DNA from: a virus
Lineage: Duplodnaviria; Caudoviricetes
Reading direction: 5' to 3' (one strand)
Virus record (IMG/VR): IMGVR_UViG_3300028638_000445
Location: 1 to 47,662 of that record
Length of the DNA: 47,662 nucleotides
The notes under the pieces were generated by a model that was not told the origin of the DNA, made no database searches, and saw only the letters and a list, made by a program, of their open reading frames with translations. A program made the position numbers and the translations under genes. Each line of letters begins with the position of its first letter. Position 1 is the first letter of the stretch. This document shows, in pieces, positions 8,426 to 19,700 of this stretch.

Positions 8426-10879
8426 CTAACTTGTCTTTTCTTCTTCGAAAATCTCATTGTATAATTCTGTCCACTCATATGGAATATTGCTTAACAAGCT
8501 GGTAATTCTACTCTTTATCGTTTCGGGTTTAACTTGCGTTCCGACAAATTCATTTTCCAGCGAGACGCACCCAGGAACTAATGCCTGTAATATTTTAATC
8601 TGTTCTTTTACCTCGCTACTACTAAATTTCTTGGACAATTTTCTATTTAATTCTGTCCTGACAACTGAAACAGTTGGTGGCTCTGAATCAAATTTTTGCA
8701 ATTCATAGATAACGTCAACAATATCAAAATAAGGCGGGACTTCTGTTTCGATATTCTGAATATTATCTATCCATTCTTTGACTTGGTATGGTGCATAACA
8801 TGTCTCAAATAAATCTCTCAATTTATCCAATCCAATTTGTTTAGGTGTTGCTAAAAACATTAATCTTACCAAATCACTTGCTTTAATTACAGTAACCTTT
8901 TGCATTATTGCTTCTACAGAAATCGCGCTGTTCGGGTCCGTTTCTCCTTGATAACCAATTGCTACTTCAATACAATAATCAGCTTCATATGTTGACTGAT
9001 GTCTCTTTAACGCAGATAAATGAGATGTACCTGCAGCAATAACTTTCTTATTGGTACTTTTAGCGTCAAATGTTAGTGAATAGTTCCTTGATTTACTGAA
9101 TTCGTCGTACCCTAATATCGCATCGGCTTTGCCATCTGGTTTATTTGGACCACCGATCTGACTAGTCTCGAATCCAAGTGCCAAAAGTGCGCGATAAACC
9201 GCATTTTCTAAGCCTGTTGGATTTGAAAGAGAATCTTTTAATAACATAGCTACCGCTGGAGTACTTTCACGATCCGAAAATGCTAACTCTTTAAATGTAG
9301 CATCCCTTTTTTTCATTACATTATTCACGATATTTTCATCAATTCCCAGCTCGTACATGTGCGCTTCTGTCAAAACCTCTGCAATAGCAATGCCTTCAAG
9401 TGGAAATAGAGTTTTATATGCGCCTGAATAATTTGCTACATAAGGATGCATCACGTTAATTTTCAAAAGCCTTCTTACTAAATCCAACTTGGCAATCGGT
9501 GATCCAGGCATCATAGGTTCATATATGATTTTTTCTATTACTTGATCCCCAGTCTCAACGTCAATATTATATGCATTCACTAGTTGATCTTTATCATTTT
9601 CTTTAGGTTTCTCAATTAGAAATGGATTACATATCTCATCAGAATAAAATTTGTTTATAAAGCTATATATCGGTCTTTTTGACGTTGTATACGAAGTTTG
9701 AGCCATTCTATAAGCTACTGTAGCTTTTTGATAATCCGTCTGCTCTTTGTCAAAATAATACTTTTTTACTTCATTATTAAACTTCTTCTTTATATACTCT
9801 TTTAATTGGGAAAATGGTCGTGATTCTTTAACTGCTTCTCGAGTAGAAGTTAAATTGTTATCTAATTCATCTGCATTAATAACTATCCTTGTTCTATTAA
9901 ACGCACCGTGTGAAAATGCTTCCATACCAAGTAATGGATCGTCAATGTTAATTAATCTACCTCTAATGTTCAAGAAGATACCATTACTTCTTCCTAAATC
10001 TGCAGATTTTCCTTCAAGTAAAGAATCAGAATATAATTCAAACTGTCCATTAACACCTTTCAAATTCGAAAAATCAACATAATGCTCCCCATTTTCCTCG
10101 CGACTCTCTGCCCAATCTAGTGATTCAGCAGTTTGGTCTTCAAGTCCGATAGTCCAAGTTTTCAATATTGGAATGTTTATTTTTGAAGACTCAATTAAAA
10201 CGCCATTAAAATGCAATTTGAAATTTGGATTAAGTGGCAAAGCGGTTCTTAAAATCCACTTTAATCGACCTTCTGTTATCTCAGATGCTTTTGGCTTCAG
10301 ATCAGTCAAAATAGATATCGTCCATGATTTCACAGAATCTTTGCCAAACATTCTAATTTTATTTATGCTTTTTAGATAAGGATTCAATAATGAAATAGCT
10401 TCAGCTTCTGTAACTTCTATCTCATCAATAAAAATTGCGTCATTATCATTTGAAATTACATCATAATCCATTACAGCTATTAAGTATCGATTGTTTTTTT
10501 TAGTTAAATACGTCAGCTTTCTAGCTAATATATAAGTCGCTAGTTTTCCTATACCGAATTGGCCAATCTGGAGTCTAGCTATGTCTTTTGAAGGATTTTT
10601 TCTTTTAGATGATTCTCCAATTCGCCAAAGATCCTTTAGTTCTGATTCATCTAATCCTTCTCCATTATCAAGAACCCAAATGTATGCATCTGTTGCAGAA
10701 AGATCCGACGAGACATAGACTTCAACTTCAGAAGCATACGCATCGTATGAATTGCATATCAACTCTTCAAATGCTTTATTAGGACTTGAATACAAACCCG
10801 CTGAAAACAGTTCAATTATTCTATAACTTATCTTGACTTCAATATCATCTATTTTTTTACCAATTGAAGAAATATTCAC
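8426..10879 (-). CDS. GHKL (MORC/Hsp90-like) ATPase fused to a C-terminal PD-(D/E)XK restriction-type nuclease
   Basis: EELICNSYDA, DNGEG and GQFGIGK are GHKL boxes. C-terminal LENAV..LGFET..IGG..KPDG...FDAKS. Start reassigned to GTG at 10879 (GGAGGA SD, 1 nt after the MTase stop). Confidence 0.85.
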   Translation of the reverse strand: MNISSIGKKIDDIEVKISYRIIELFSAGLYSSPNKAFEELICNSYDAYASEVEVYVSSDLSATDAYIWVLDNGEGLDESELKDLWRIGESSKRKNPSKDIARLQIGQFGIGKLATYILARKLTYLTKKNNRYLIAVMDYDVISNDNDAIFIDEIEVTEAEAISLLNPYLKSINKIRMFGKDSVKSWTISILTDLKPKASEITEGRLKWILRTALPLNPNFKLHFNGVLIESSKINIPILKTWTIGLEDQTAESLDWAESREENGEHYVDFSNLKGVNGQFELYSDSLLEGKSADLGRSNGIFLNIRGRLINIDDPLLGMEAFSHGAFNRTRIVINADELDNNLTSTREAVKESRPFSQLKEYIKKKFNNEVKKYYFDKEQTDYQKATVAYRMAQTSYTTSKRPIYSFINKFYSDEICNPFLIEKPKENDKDQLVNAYNIDVETGDQVIEKIIYEPMMPGSPIAKLDLVRRLLKINVMHPYVANYSGAYKTLFPLEGIAIAEVLTEAHMYELGIDENIVNNVMKKRDATFKELAFSDRESTPAVAMLLKDSLSNPTGLENAVYRALLALGFETSQIGGPNKPDGKADAILGYDEFSKSRNYSLTFDAKSTNKKVIAAGTSHLSALKRHQSTYEADYCIEVAIGYQGETDPNSAISVEAIMQKVTVIKASDLVRLMFLATPKQIGLDKLRDLFETCYAPYQVKEWIDNIQNIETEVPPYFDIVDVIYELQKFDSEPPTVSVVRTELNRKLSKKFSSSEVKEQIKILQALVPGCVSLENEFVGTQVKPETIKSRITSLLSNIPYEWTELYNEIFEEEKTS

Positions 10880-10880
10880 A

Positions 10881-12152
10881 TTATTTCCTCCCAATAACAA
10901 TAAATTCTTCGTTATAAACTTTTCTACTTGATTTATTGTTGGTAAATTTGCCCTTTTCATCTCGATATGGGGTCAGAATTTTTCCGGTTATTTTTCTCTT
11001 AGCTACATAAGTATTGTTAAAGCCGGTTGCATTCAAAGATGCAACTAAGTGCTCTGCATTTCTAATTCTTACACCTTTGTATTCAGTATTGCCAATTACA
11101 AACAATGCAAACCCTGTATCTGACAATACGTTATAACATTTCTCTGCAACCTTTTGCATATCTAGAAAATATTTAGCGACTGATTTTGCTTTTGATTTAT
11201 CATATTTATATAATTCAAAAACAATCTCTTTTCCAACCTTATTTAGATTATTCAGTTCACTTTCAAAGTTATATTCATGATATAAACTGCCAATCGTACC
11301 GCTTCGAAGTTCTCTGTAATCTTTAATATAGTCAAGCCACAAAGTTGATAATTGATGCAGGTCCGCATACTCATAAGATGTAACATATGGCGGACTCGTA
11401 ACAATCATGTCTACCCGAGGAGGTGTTAATGATTCATCTAAAAAATTAACATTATCTATCACTGTGGTACTTTCATTTATTAAATTGCTTTCAATAATGG
11501 CGCTTCTCATAAATTCATATTGAACGCGAAACGATTTTATAACATCTGCTGGATTTTTATTTGGATCAAGTTGTGGTTTTATTGATTTTGTCAACCATCT
11601 TGATGTCGGTTTTAAGATATTAGAGAATGCACACTTAAAAAATAATTGGTACTTACTTTCAGATGGCACTTCGTTGAGAATCGAATATTTCAGTTTAATT
11701 AATTCATTAATATTTTTTTGATCATACCAATACATTAATCGATCATTTAAATTTTCATAAGAGTAATGATCATCAGAGAATTTCTCAAACTTGCTTATTA
11801 TATTGTTAAAATACATGTCTAATTTGTCGATTTTATACGTATTGCTCTTCGTCTTGGCGATCATAGTCGCTACTGGATTTATATCACATCCCCAGAAGTC
11901 AATACCCTTTCTCTTTGATTCAAAAGCTACTGTCCCACACCCACAAAAAACATCTGCAATTTTATTAATACTTAAATTATGTGACTTTGCATATTCAATT
12001 GCCTTAGTAGTTATGAAAGAAGGAAATTTGGCCGGATATGCATGAATTCTATGAACTTTGAGTTCTTTTTCATCTCCTAGACTCCAATATGGGTCTTCTT
12101 GAATTGATTCAAAATCTAACTCATTAAAATCTACAATCAATTGCATACCCAT
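10881..12152 (-). CDS. Amino (probably N4-cytosine, alpha-order) DNA methyltransferase
   Basis: IHAYPAKFP, DVFCGCGT (motif I) preceding TSPPY (motif IV). GGAGG SD. Confidence 0.88.
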   Translation of the reverse strand: MGMQLIVDFNELDFESIQEDPYWSLGDEKELKVHRIHAYPAKFPSFITTKAIEYAKSHNLSINKIADVFCGCGTVAFESKRKGIDFWGCDINPVATMIAKTKSNTYKIDKLDMYFNNIISKFEKFSDDHYSYENLNDRLMYWYDQKNINELIKLKYSILNEVPSESKYQLFFKCAFSNILKPTSRWLTKSIKPQLDPNKNPADVIKSFRVQYEFMRSAIIESNLINESTTVIDNVNFLDESLTPPRVDMIVTSPPYVTSYEYADLHQLSTLWLDYIKDYRELRSGTIGSLYHEYNFESELNNLNKVGKEIVFELYKYDKSKAKSVAKYFLDMQKVAEKCYNVLSDTGFALFVIGNTEYKGVRIRNAEHLVASLNATGFNNTYVAKRKITGKILTPYRDEKGKFTNNKSSRKVYNEEFIVIGRK

Positions 12153-12364
12153 GATCCTCCATAATTTCCGCTTTGAAAATCTTACTATCTTTAGTTACTA
12201 TTGAAACATTAATTATATTATAAACAAACGCGAACAGTACCTCAACCTTTATAAATTGTCAATTATTGATTTGATTCATAATTTACTGCTAAAATATAGG
12301 ATTAATAAGAACAAACCCATGATTTTGAATCTAGGGTTTGAGTGATCATGAATATTATGAAAGA

Positions 12365-12751
12365 TTACAAATTATTATAAACATTTACTTCGATTTTATT
12401 ATCAAGCCATGCATCGAAATCATCATAAACTTCAAAAACCCCATCACGCACGGCTTTGCCCATAATCGCGATCGCTTTGCGTCTTGCCTCTTCAAACGCT
12501 TTCTTCTGAACTTCAGGGCTCCATCCATCTGTACCCTTCAGCCGTGATACATAAGTTTGATAAACTGCTATTACCGCTGTCTGAACTGCATCTTCAGCAA
12601 TATTAATATACTTTTCTAGACGCTTATCCTTATTACGCTGTCGAATGTAGTCTGTCCCAGCCTTAATCATCGAGACTAAGAAAGGAACTAGGGCTACAAG
12701 CACTGGAACAACAATACTTGTTACGACCATATCAAGCATTTCCTGATTCAT
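12365..12751 (-). CDS. Phage holin (LL-H-like)
   Basis: N-terminal TM, then IAEDAVQTAVIAVYQ...IEVNV pattern. Directly downstream of the amidase. Confidence 0.75.
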   Translation of the reverse strand: MNQEMLDMVVTSIVVPVLVALVPFLVSMIKAGTDYIRQRNKDKRLEKYINIAEDAVQTAVIAVYQTYVSRLKGTDGWSPEVQKKAFEEARRKAIAIMGKAVRDGVFEVYDDFDAWLDNKIEVNVYNNL

Positions 12752-13376
12752 TTTTCCTTACCTCCTTCGCGTAGCCAACAATTAAATACTCAAGATTTGG
12801 CGTTGTGTTTGCTACGATATTGTTGTGCCAATAGTCGGGGCTATTAATTCGCCCTGTCTTTTGAAGGTACTGGAGATCAGCCAGTGCCTTTTGTTTTGCT
12901 TCACTTATCGCCATTTTCTCACCTCTTAATTTGAGTGATTTCATTTCTTGAAGTGGGAAGTAAATGCCCGGGCATGCTGTTGGTCGCCAATGTCGGTGAC
13001 CATCTACAACTTTGATCGTCGGGACTTTATACTTCAACCATTTGACAAGTTCTATACCTGCGTTAAACTGCACATCAGGCATTTCTTTGTCCTTGCCATC
13101 ATAATCACCTTGGAATACAACACTTAGCAAATGGCCGTTATGATCAGCGGTGTGTGCCCCAAAGTTAAAGCCTCTGCCTTCAATTACCCATCCGTCCTTC
13201 ATAACAAGCCAGCCATAGCCGAATCCTGACCAGCCTCTCTTTAGATGCTCTGCATGAGCTTCTTCCAGACCCCACGTCGGGTGATCCATGTGGTGAAGAG
13301 CCAGACCATCAATTTCATTAAGACGGTATGGTGACAGCGGCTTCGTCCATTTCAGATTATTTTTAATTATCTCCAT
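12732..13376 (-). CDS. Endolysin, N-acetylmuramoyl-L-alanine amidase (Amidase_2/PGRP-like)
   Basis: ALHH, GWSGFGY, EGR..GAHT and GHR..TACPG zinc-amidase motifs. Confidence 0.9.
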   Translation of the reverse strand: MEIIKNNLKWTKPLSPYRLNEIDGLALHHMDHPTWGLEEAHAEHLKRGWSGFGYGWLVMKDGWVIEGRGFNFGAHTADHNGHLLSVVFQGDYDGKDKEMPDVQFNAGIELVKWLKYKVPTIKVVDGHRHWRPTACPGIYFPLQEMKSLKLRGEKMAISEAKQKALADLQYLQKTGRINSPDYWHNNIVANTTPNLEYLIVGYAKEVRKNESGNA

Positions 13377-13385
13377 ATGTCCTCC

Positions 13386-13760
13386 TTATAACGTCAGCTT
13401 AATTCCAGCCAAGGCTGCTGCAAAGAGCAGGCCCCACTTCATTACTGTCACAAAATGCGGGATGATCTTATCTGCAAGCCCGCTGTCTTTAAGTGATGTT
13501 TGTATTCGCTCGATAGCAGCAAGCATTTCATCACTAGAAACTCGATCCTTGATCTCAGCCTGCATTTCTTTGATGCTAAGTTTTATCTCTTCATTGGAAT
13601 TAATAAGGAGCTTCAGATAGACCCTTGTCTCAGAATCCGAATTCGATAATTTTGTATATTGCCTTTCAAGTTCCGTAACCCTGTCATCAAGGCGTTCTAG
13701 GGACTTTTCTTGTTTACAAGGATCCATCAGCCGACCTCCAATCGGTTTACTTGACTCCAT
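13386..13760 (-). CDS. Lysis-module coiled-coil protein with C-terminal TM (XhlA/holin-like); alternative start at 13727
   Basis: Coiled coil followed by a hydrophobic C-terminus. First gene of the lysis cassette. Two in-frame ATGs, each with a GGAGG SD. Confidence 0.65.
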   Translation of the reverse strand: MESSKPIGGRLMDPCKQEKSLERLDDRVTELERQYTKLSNSDSETRVYLKLLINSNEEIKLSIKEMQAEIKDRVSSDEMLAAIERIQTSLKDSGLADKIIPHFVTVMKWGLLFAAALAGIKLTL

Positions 13761-13792
13761 TTTATCACCTCCTCGGGAGGAGGGATGCGATG

Positions 13793-16700
13793 CTATCGCA
13801 CCCCTAATTTGAAGAGCTCTGCCGACATTTCTGCGTTGATTTTTACAAGTTCTTGTAGCGTCGTAGCTTTTACTACTTTCTTCAGATGATTGTTCATTGC
13901 AGTGCGGATCTTCTGGATCTTTGGATCATTTGCTTTGAGATTGGCATTGATGTACTTTGTGGTTTTGGACAGATTAGAGGAGATCTTGTTCATGGTATTG
14001 TACCTCCGCTCCTCCTGTGTTACGACACTAGACTCGATGCCATTCTCAACATTCTTGTCATTCTTGACTCGTTCCATTTCGTTCAACTTGTCATAGAAGT
14101 CTGTCATGGCTTGAGACGAAAAGGCAGGATCTGCTGTAAACGCACCTACTGTAGCTCTTTCAACCGCATTTCCCACTCCGGCACGCTTTGTTGTTGCAGG
14201 GAGCAGTATCTGGCCAATTATTCCGGTATATGACCAGATAATGTAATCCATCTGCTTAGGCGAGAGGTTTGTCAGACGACCAATTGCTTTTGCGATCTCA
14301 GAAGTGTTGTCATCATACTGATTTTTTCCAGAGTATTTTTGTAAGCCTTGAGAGACTATTGCGCGTCCAGCAAAGTCCTTATTAACCGGCAAGTTCCAAA
14401 AAATAGGCGCGAAGATATTGCTGGTGAATGGATCTACTGGGGTGAAACTTGTGGCAATAGTGCCAGCAAAACCTTTGTAGGAACCTGCCAGAGCCCTTTC
14501 AAAGAGTGATCCCCACAGTACTCCAAGTTCTCGAGATTTTGGGATCTTCCAAAACGTCCCATCACCTTTCGGGAAGACGTAGTAGGCGTCCTTAGTTCTC
14601 TGATCAAGCATCTGATACCTTTCCTCATCATCATTCATACTGACGAGGTAGGAAGCGATCTGTGGCACTGTAATGGCTATCCCGGCTTTTGCCATGCGCT
14701 TAAGAGCGCCTTTCGGATCCTTCTTATAATTGAATGCCTGGAAGAACCGGTCTAGACCCTGAACTGAAGCATTCAAGTAAGGCACAAACGGCTCTGCCTG
14801 CTTCGTGAGATCACCACCCCGGGCAAAGTTCACAGTGACGTTCTGCGCCGCGTACAAGGCTTTCTCAACGCTTCCAGTCTGTTCAAGAATATAGTTGAAC
14901 TCAGAGATCCTCGGTGCCTGTTCTGTGATATTGTTGATCCACTCAATCATCTTGAGTGGGACTTTAAATTTCGATGCTGCGCTAGGTTGAAGGAGCTTTG
15001 CGTACTGCGTCGCCTCATCTGCTGAAAACTGACCAGAACCCGCACCACCTAGGTTCTTATAGAGTGCCGCGCCACCTGAATCAGTGGCGACCTCATAACC
15101 GGCTTTTGCGAGATTTGTCAGGAAGAATAGCGGATTATCCTGAGAACCATAAACATAAGCCGTCGGAATGTCACGGAAGATGTTTCTAAGTGCGAAAAGT
15201 GGATTATACTGGGTGATCAAGCCTTTAAAAACACTTGTCACTTTTCTCATAACCGGAGCGTTATTGATAATCCGCGGCAAGCCATTCAGCGATTCCAAAA
15301 GCATCTCGTCATTTATCTGGAGGTACTGAGGACTGCCCCCTTCCCAGACCGCGATGACATTATCGAGCTTTTTACTCTGGAACATTCCTATATTGGCCGG
15401 GATTTCCTCGGCGAACCTTGCTGCAGCTTCCGGATTTGATCTAACCGTTTCAAGTAAGGTCTGCCCCACCTCGTTGTATCGGGCGGTTCTTACGACCTTG
15501 TTGACCATCATCATGACGTTGCCAACCGGATTTGTAAGATCGCGATCCGATCCAGTTGCCTTCTTAACTGGGCTTGGCAGATCCACGAATCGTCTGCCGG
15601 GGCCATGCTGGCTTCCGCCCTCGAGATCGGAGAACTCTCGATAAGTCGGGAAGTAGGATGGGTACATGGTGCGCCACTCATCGTAGGTATGCGCATCGAT
15701 GATACCAGTGTCCACGGCCCACGCCTTCATAAACTGGTCGATCCACCGCGTGACGCTGTCGCCCCATGCACGATATTCAGGATGCTGATATTCTAAGTTT
15801 GCTACATAATTTTTAGAGTCATCAGGCGTCATTCCCGGATCTACGGGCTTACCCTCTCTTGCCCGGTCGATGTTGTGTCGTTGAGCCATATACTGCCAGA
15901 AGTCCTTGTTGGTCGCAAAAGGTTCGGTAATAGTCTGCCATGATTGACCCAATTCCCTGCCTTTTGTATCAACTAAAGCATGTGTTAGAATCCTTTCGAT
16001 GGTTCCTGAGACGAGCTTTGAGTTGGCCGCCTTTATTCTTACTGCATCAGCCACCTTGTTTAATGGATGGTTCGTATCGACAACTCGACGATAGAGGTTT
16101 GCAAGATCCCCTTTCAGATCTCTTGGCCTCTTCTTTTCGTCCATCTCAATATTGATGGTTGGGATGCTGAATCGTATGTCTGGATTTTCGGTATCGACCG
16201 GGTTGTCGCCGATTTCTTGCTTAATCTGGCTCGAACTGAAGGTGACATAGACGTCTCCGACAGGCGGATCCTTTTCATCAAATGAGGTGATTGCGTCGGA
16301 TACTTCTTTGAATATGACGCCGTCGTGCCCCAGTTCTTTGGCTTTTGCGATATTCCAAGAGTAGAAGTCATCTTGGAAGAATTCAGAATTCTCCACAACA
16401 TACGGATTTGTGATGTTGAGGTAAAGATCCATCCTCTTACCATACCCTTTGCGCATTGACGCCTCGACGGTCTTCCATCCTTCTTGGTTGTGGCTGTAAA
16501 GACTGCTGCCGATGCTATTGACACTACGGACAATGTCTTTAAGACCGTCTATGCCTTCAACTTTATCCACCTCATTGGCTTCCCACATGATGCTGCCGAT
16601 GGTCTCTTCCCGGTCGAGACTTCCGTCCAAATTGTGATTGGCGTGGCCGATCGCCTCTGCGAAGTATTCCAGGTCTTCGTCGCTCGAAGCAGCGAGAAAT

Positions 16701-19700
16701 GCTTCCAGCGGCTTCAAGTCATAATTCCCAGACCTGTATGTGTCAGCAATCCGTGGGTTATCCGTAAAGAAAAAACCTAGCTTTGCGGATCTAGAACCGG
16801 TATATTTGCCACCTTTTGAGGCGTCAAACACAGTAAATTCTGCCCCAGTCCCATGGTATACCTGCTTCAAAGACCCATCATCGTTACGAACCTTGGAATC
16901 CTTGAAGGCCTGTTCAATGTCTTCCTTTCTGGCAACGCTGAATTTCTCCCGATTCTCCCACGCACTCTCACCAACGCCTTCTTTTCTTCCCTGCCAGACG
17001 TTCGGCCTCGGCACGTTTGTCGTCCCATGGGCGGTTCTCTCACCTTTAACGTCAACTACCTCAAAAAGGTAATGGTCATCGATCAGATGTCTGGCAGACT
17101 CGAAAACGTGATCATTTTCTGCGACGAGAACAGGTCTATGGCCTCCGAACTCAATAGCGTTTTTCTTCAGATGCGCCATTAGTTTCTTCGGTTCAAGCGC
17201 CATCTCTGACGGTATTTCTTGAATTCCGCGTACTGTGAGCCTCGGTGACATATAGAAGATTGTCGAGTAACCTTCTGAAGATTTAAGCATTTGCCCTAGA
17301 GCGACCATATCGGTTGAACTTCCAACCTTATGACCTAGGAGAGCATGTGGTTTGTCTGGCTTCAACAGCTTATCCTCACCGTTGTAAAGGTCATTGATGT
17401 AGAAGTCATTATCCTTATTCATACCGTTCGGTATCACAGCATACTGGTTGCTGTTGATGATGATGTGACCCTTAAACTCAACAATGTCCTTCAGCATAAT
17501 CTCATAGCGACGGGTCGCGTCAAAGTCAGGACCAGAAGGATTAGGAACGCCAGATGGGTGGTTATGCATGAGATAGAAACCTGTAGCGTCCATACTCTTG
17601 GCGAAGTTAATTTGTGTGTTGATCCAATTATTCTTTTGTTTATCATCTTTTCCGGCGAATATCGCTGAAGATCCCGGCATCCTTGAGGATACCCCTGTGT
17701 GGGAGACAATTTTTCCCGTGTCATCAACAAAGAAGATCCTCATAGTCTCAAACCGCGGATCTCTAAGCACCTGTGCCATGACAGCAAGCTCGTTGGTATT
17801 CTTGACTGTCTTACCGACAAGATCGACCTTTCCGTCTGCGAGGAACTTCTTGGTGTAATCCCGAGCAATCGTCTTAGTCTTCAGCGTGCTGAACTTCGCC
17901 TCGAAGTCGTTTAGTGCCGCCGCCCCCATATGGGCTTCCACTTCAGAGACTTTGAGGTTAGACACTAACTCTGCTACCTTTGTGTTGCTTTTGAAATATG
18001 AAAACCTCTTTACAACCTTCTCATCAACTGGCAGAGATCTGTGTCCGCCTTTATACTCACTGAAGATCTGGGCGATCGCCTTATCGTTGAAAAAGGGTTT
18101 CACGACTTCCTGACTAATATTCCGGCCTTCGTTGTTGACCATTTTGAACTCCGTCAGTACCTTCCAGTAGTTGTGTTCGTTAGAGAACTGCTTGAACTTT
18201 GGCTCAAGGCCCCACGACTTACATAGCTCGAGGTAGGCTTTCTGATTTTCCTGAGGCGTCCTGTTAATGTCCCACCACTCAGTGATGTCAGGCTTTCTCG
18301 GCTTTTGCTTCTTGCGGTCTTTATGGTTCTGACCGCCAGCGGCCTGGTTCTTCTCCCAGTCGATGACAGACTCATTCTGGGTGGTTGTGTAATCCTGCCA
18401 TCTCTCAAAGCCCTGCCCTTGCGTAGCGCGGTTCTCTCTGCTGAGTCCTGAAATATGGTACGGAATGATGTTGTCTATGGTGTCCATCGCCATAAGCGCG
18501 CGGATGTGATCGTCGTTGATTCCCACCACCGTGGTGCCAACCGTATTACTGAAAAGTCGACGAAGTTCGACTGCAGTCTCGTAAGCCATACCCTCGATGC
18601 CATCAAAGACAGGCTTGCCGTTTTTCATTCCTGTTTCACCCAGCGGCATCAGGGAGGTGTTGATCATCATTCCTGTGTTACCCATGGCTCTTACGAAGTT
18701 TTCCATCTTAGTATATGCGAAGCCTTTAAGCCCAACAGAAGACATGTCAGCGATGGCCTGCATCGCGTCTAGAAGATGTGGAACCTCAAAGTCAGACCAC
18801 GACTGCCATCTGAGTCCGCCATCAGCATTAAACCTCTCGACGACCCTTTTATTTTTGAAAGACTTCAGGATCTCCCCACTGTACTCTGTGCGGCTCTCCT
18901 GCATCTTGATCTTGGCAGATGCCCCGAGTTTGGTTTTGAACTCTTTATAGACGTCCGGATGCTCTTCGTATAGTCGGTCGAAGCCTTCCTGGCTGAGGAA
19001 TAGTTCCGGATCAAGATCTGGGTACTTCTCGATAAATTCGTTGGCATACTGTCCTTGTCTGGATCTTCGGGTGTCAACATAGCAGATGCCGCAGGAGACT
19101 TCTTTTCCTGCTTCGAGCAATGCTTTTCTTACGGCAAAATAATCCGTAACTGACAGGGCGGATCCCTTATTCTTCTGGATTGCTTCGATTGTCCCTTGCA
19201 GGATCAATCTCTTCTTGCACAATGTCGAAAAGTCAAGGCTCTTGCCGTAATCCTGATTGTCCTTGAGCGCGGTATAATTCGGATTTGGATCATAATCCAG
19301 CCGTTCAATATTGTTGATGACGATGGCCATAGCATTGTCGACGCTCTCCAGCCATTCAAGTACTTTTTCCCTCGAGATGTTTAATTTCTTTGAGATGCCT
19401 TTAACTGCGGCTTCTTTGGCTTCAGGTGTCCAAGTACGTACACTGTAGATCGGGGCGGCAGAACCAGACTCAATATCAACTGAAGCAGCTTCTCTAAGTC
19501 CAAATGCATTCTGAACAGAGTCTCTCCCCATGATCTCGGTAACGACATCCTCAAACTGCTTTTGGAACTCCTTAATCTGCATCTCAGTCATGACTCCGAG
19601 GTTACCAGACTCTTTCTTGTCTCCCTTAAGAACCTTATTGATCAAATCTCTAATGACGCGGACGAGTTTCTGCGCCGTTGTGGCGTCACGTTCGTAGAGG

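Noticed and set aside
10880-10960. N-terminal 27 aa of the 844-aa ORF as listed in the track
   Set aside because: Overlaps the MTase 3' end. GTG at 10879 has a proper SD, so the shorter start was used.
12153-12364. attL candidate near the AAACCC...GGGTTT inverted repeat at about 12313-12339
   Set aside because: The partner att site would lie beyond the integrase, outside the window, so no direct repeat can be confirmed.
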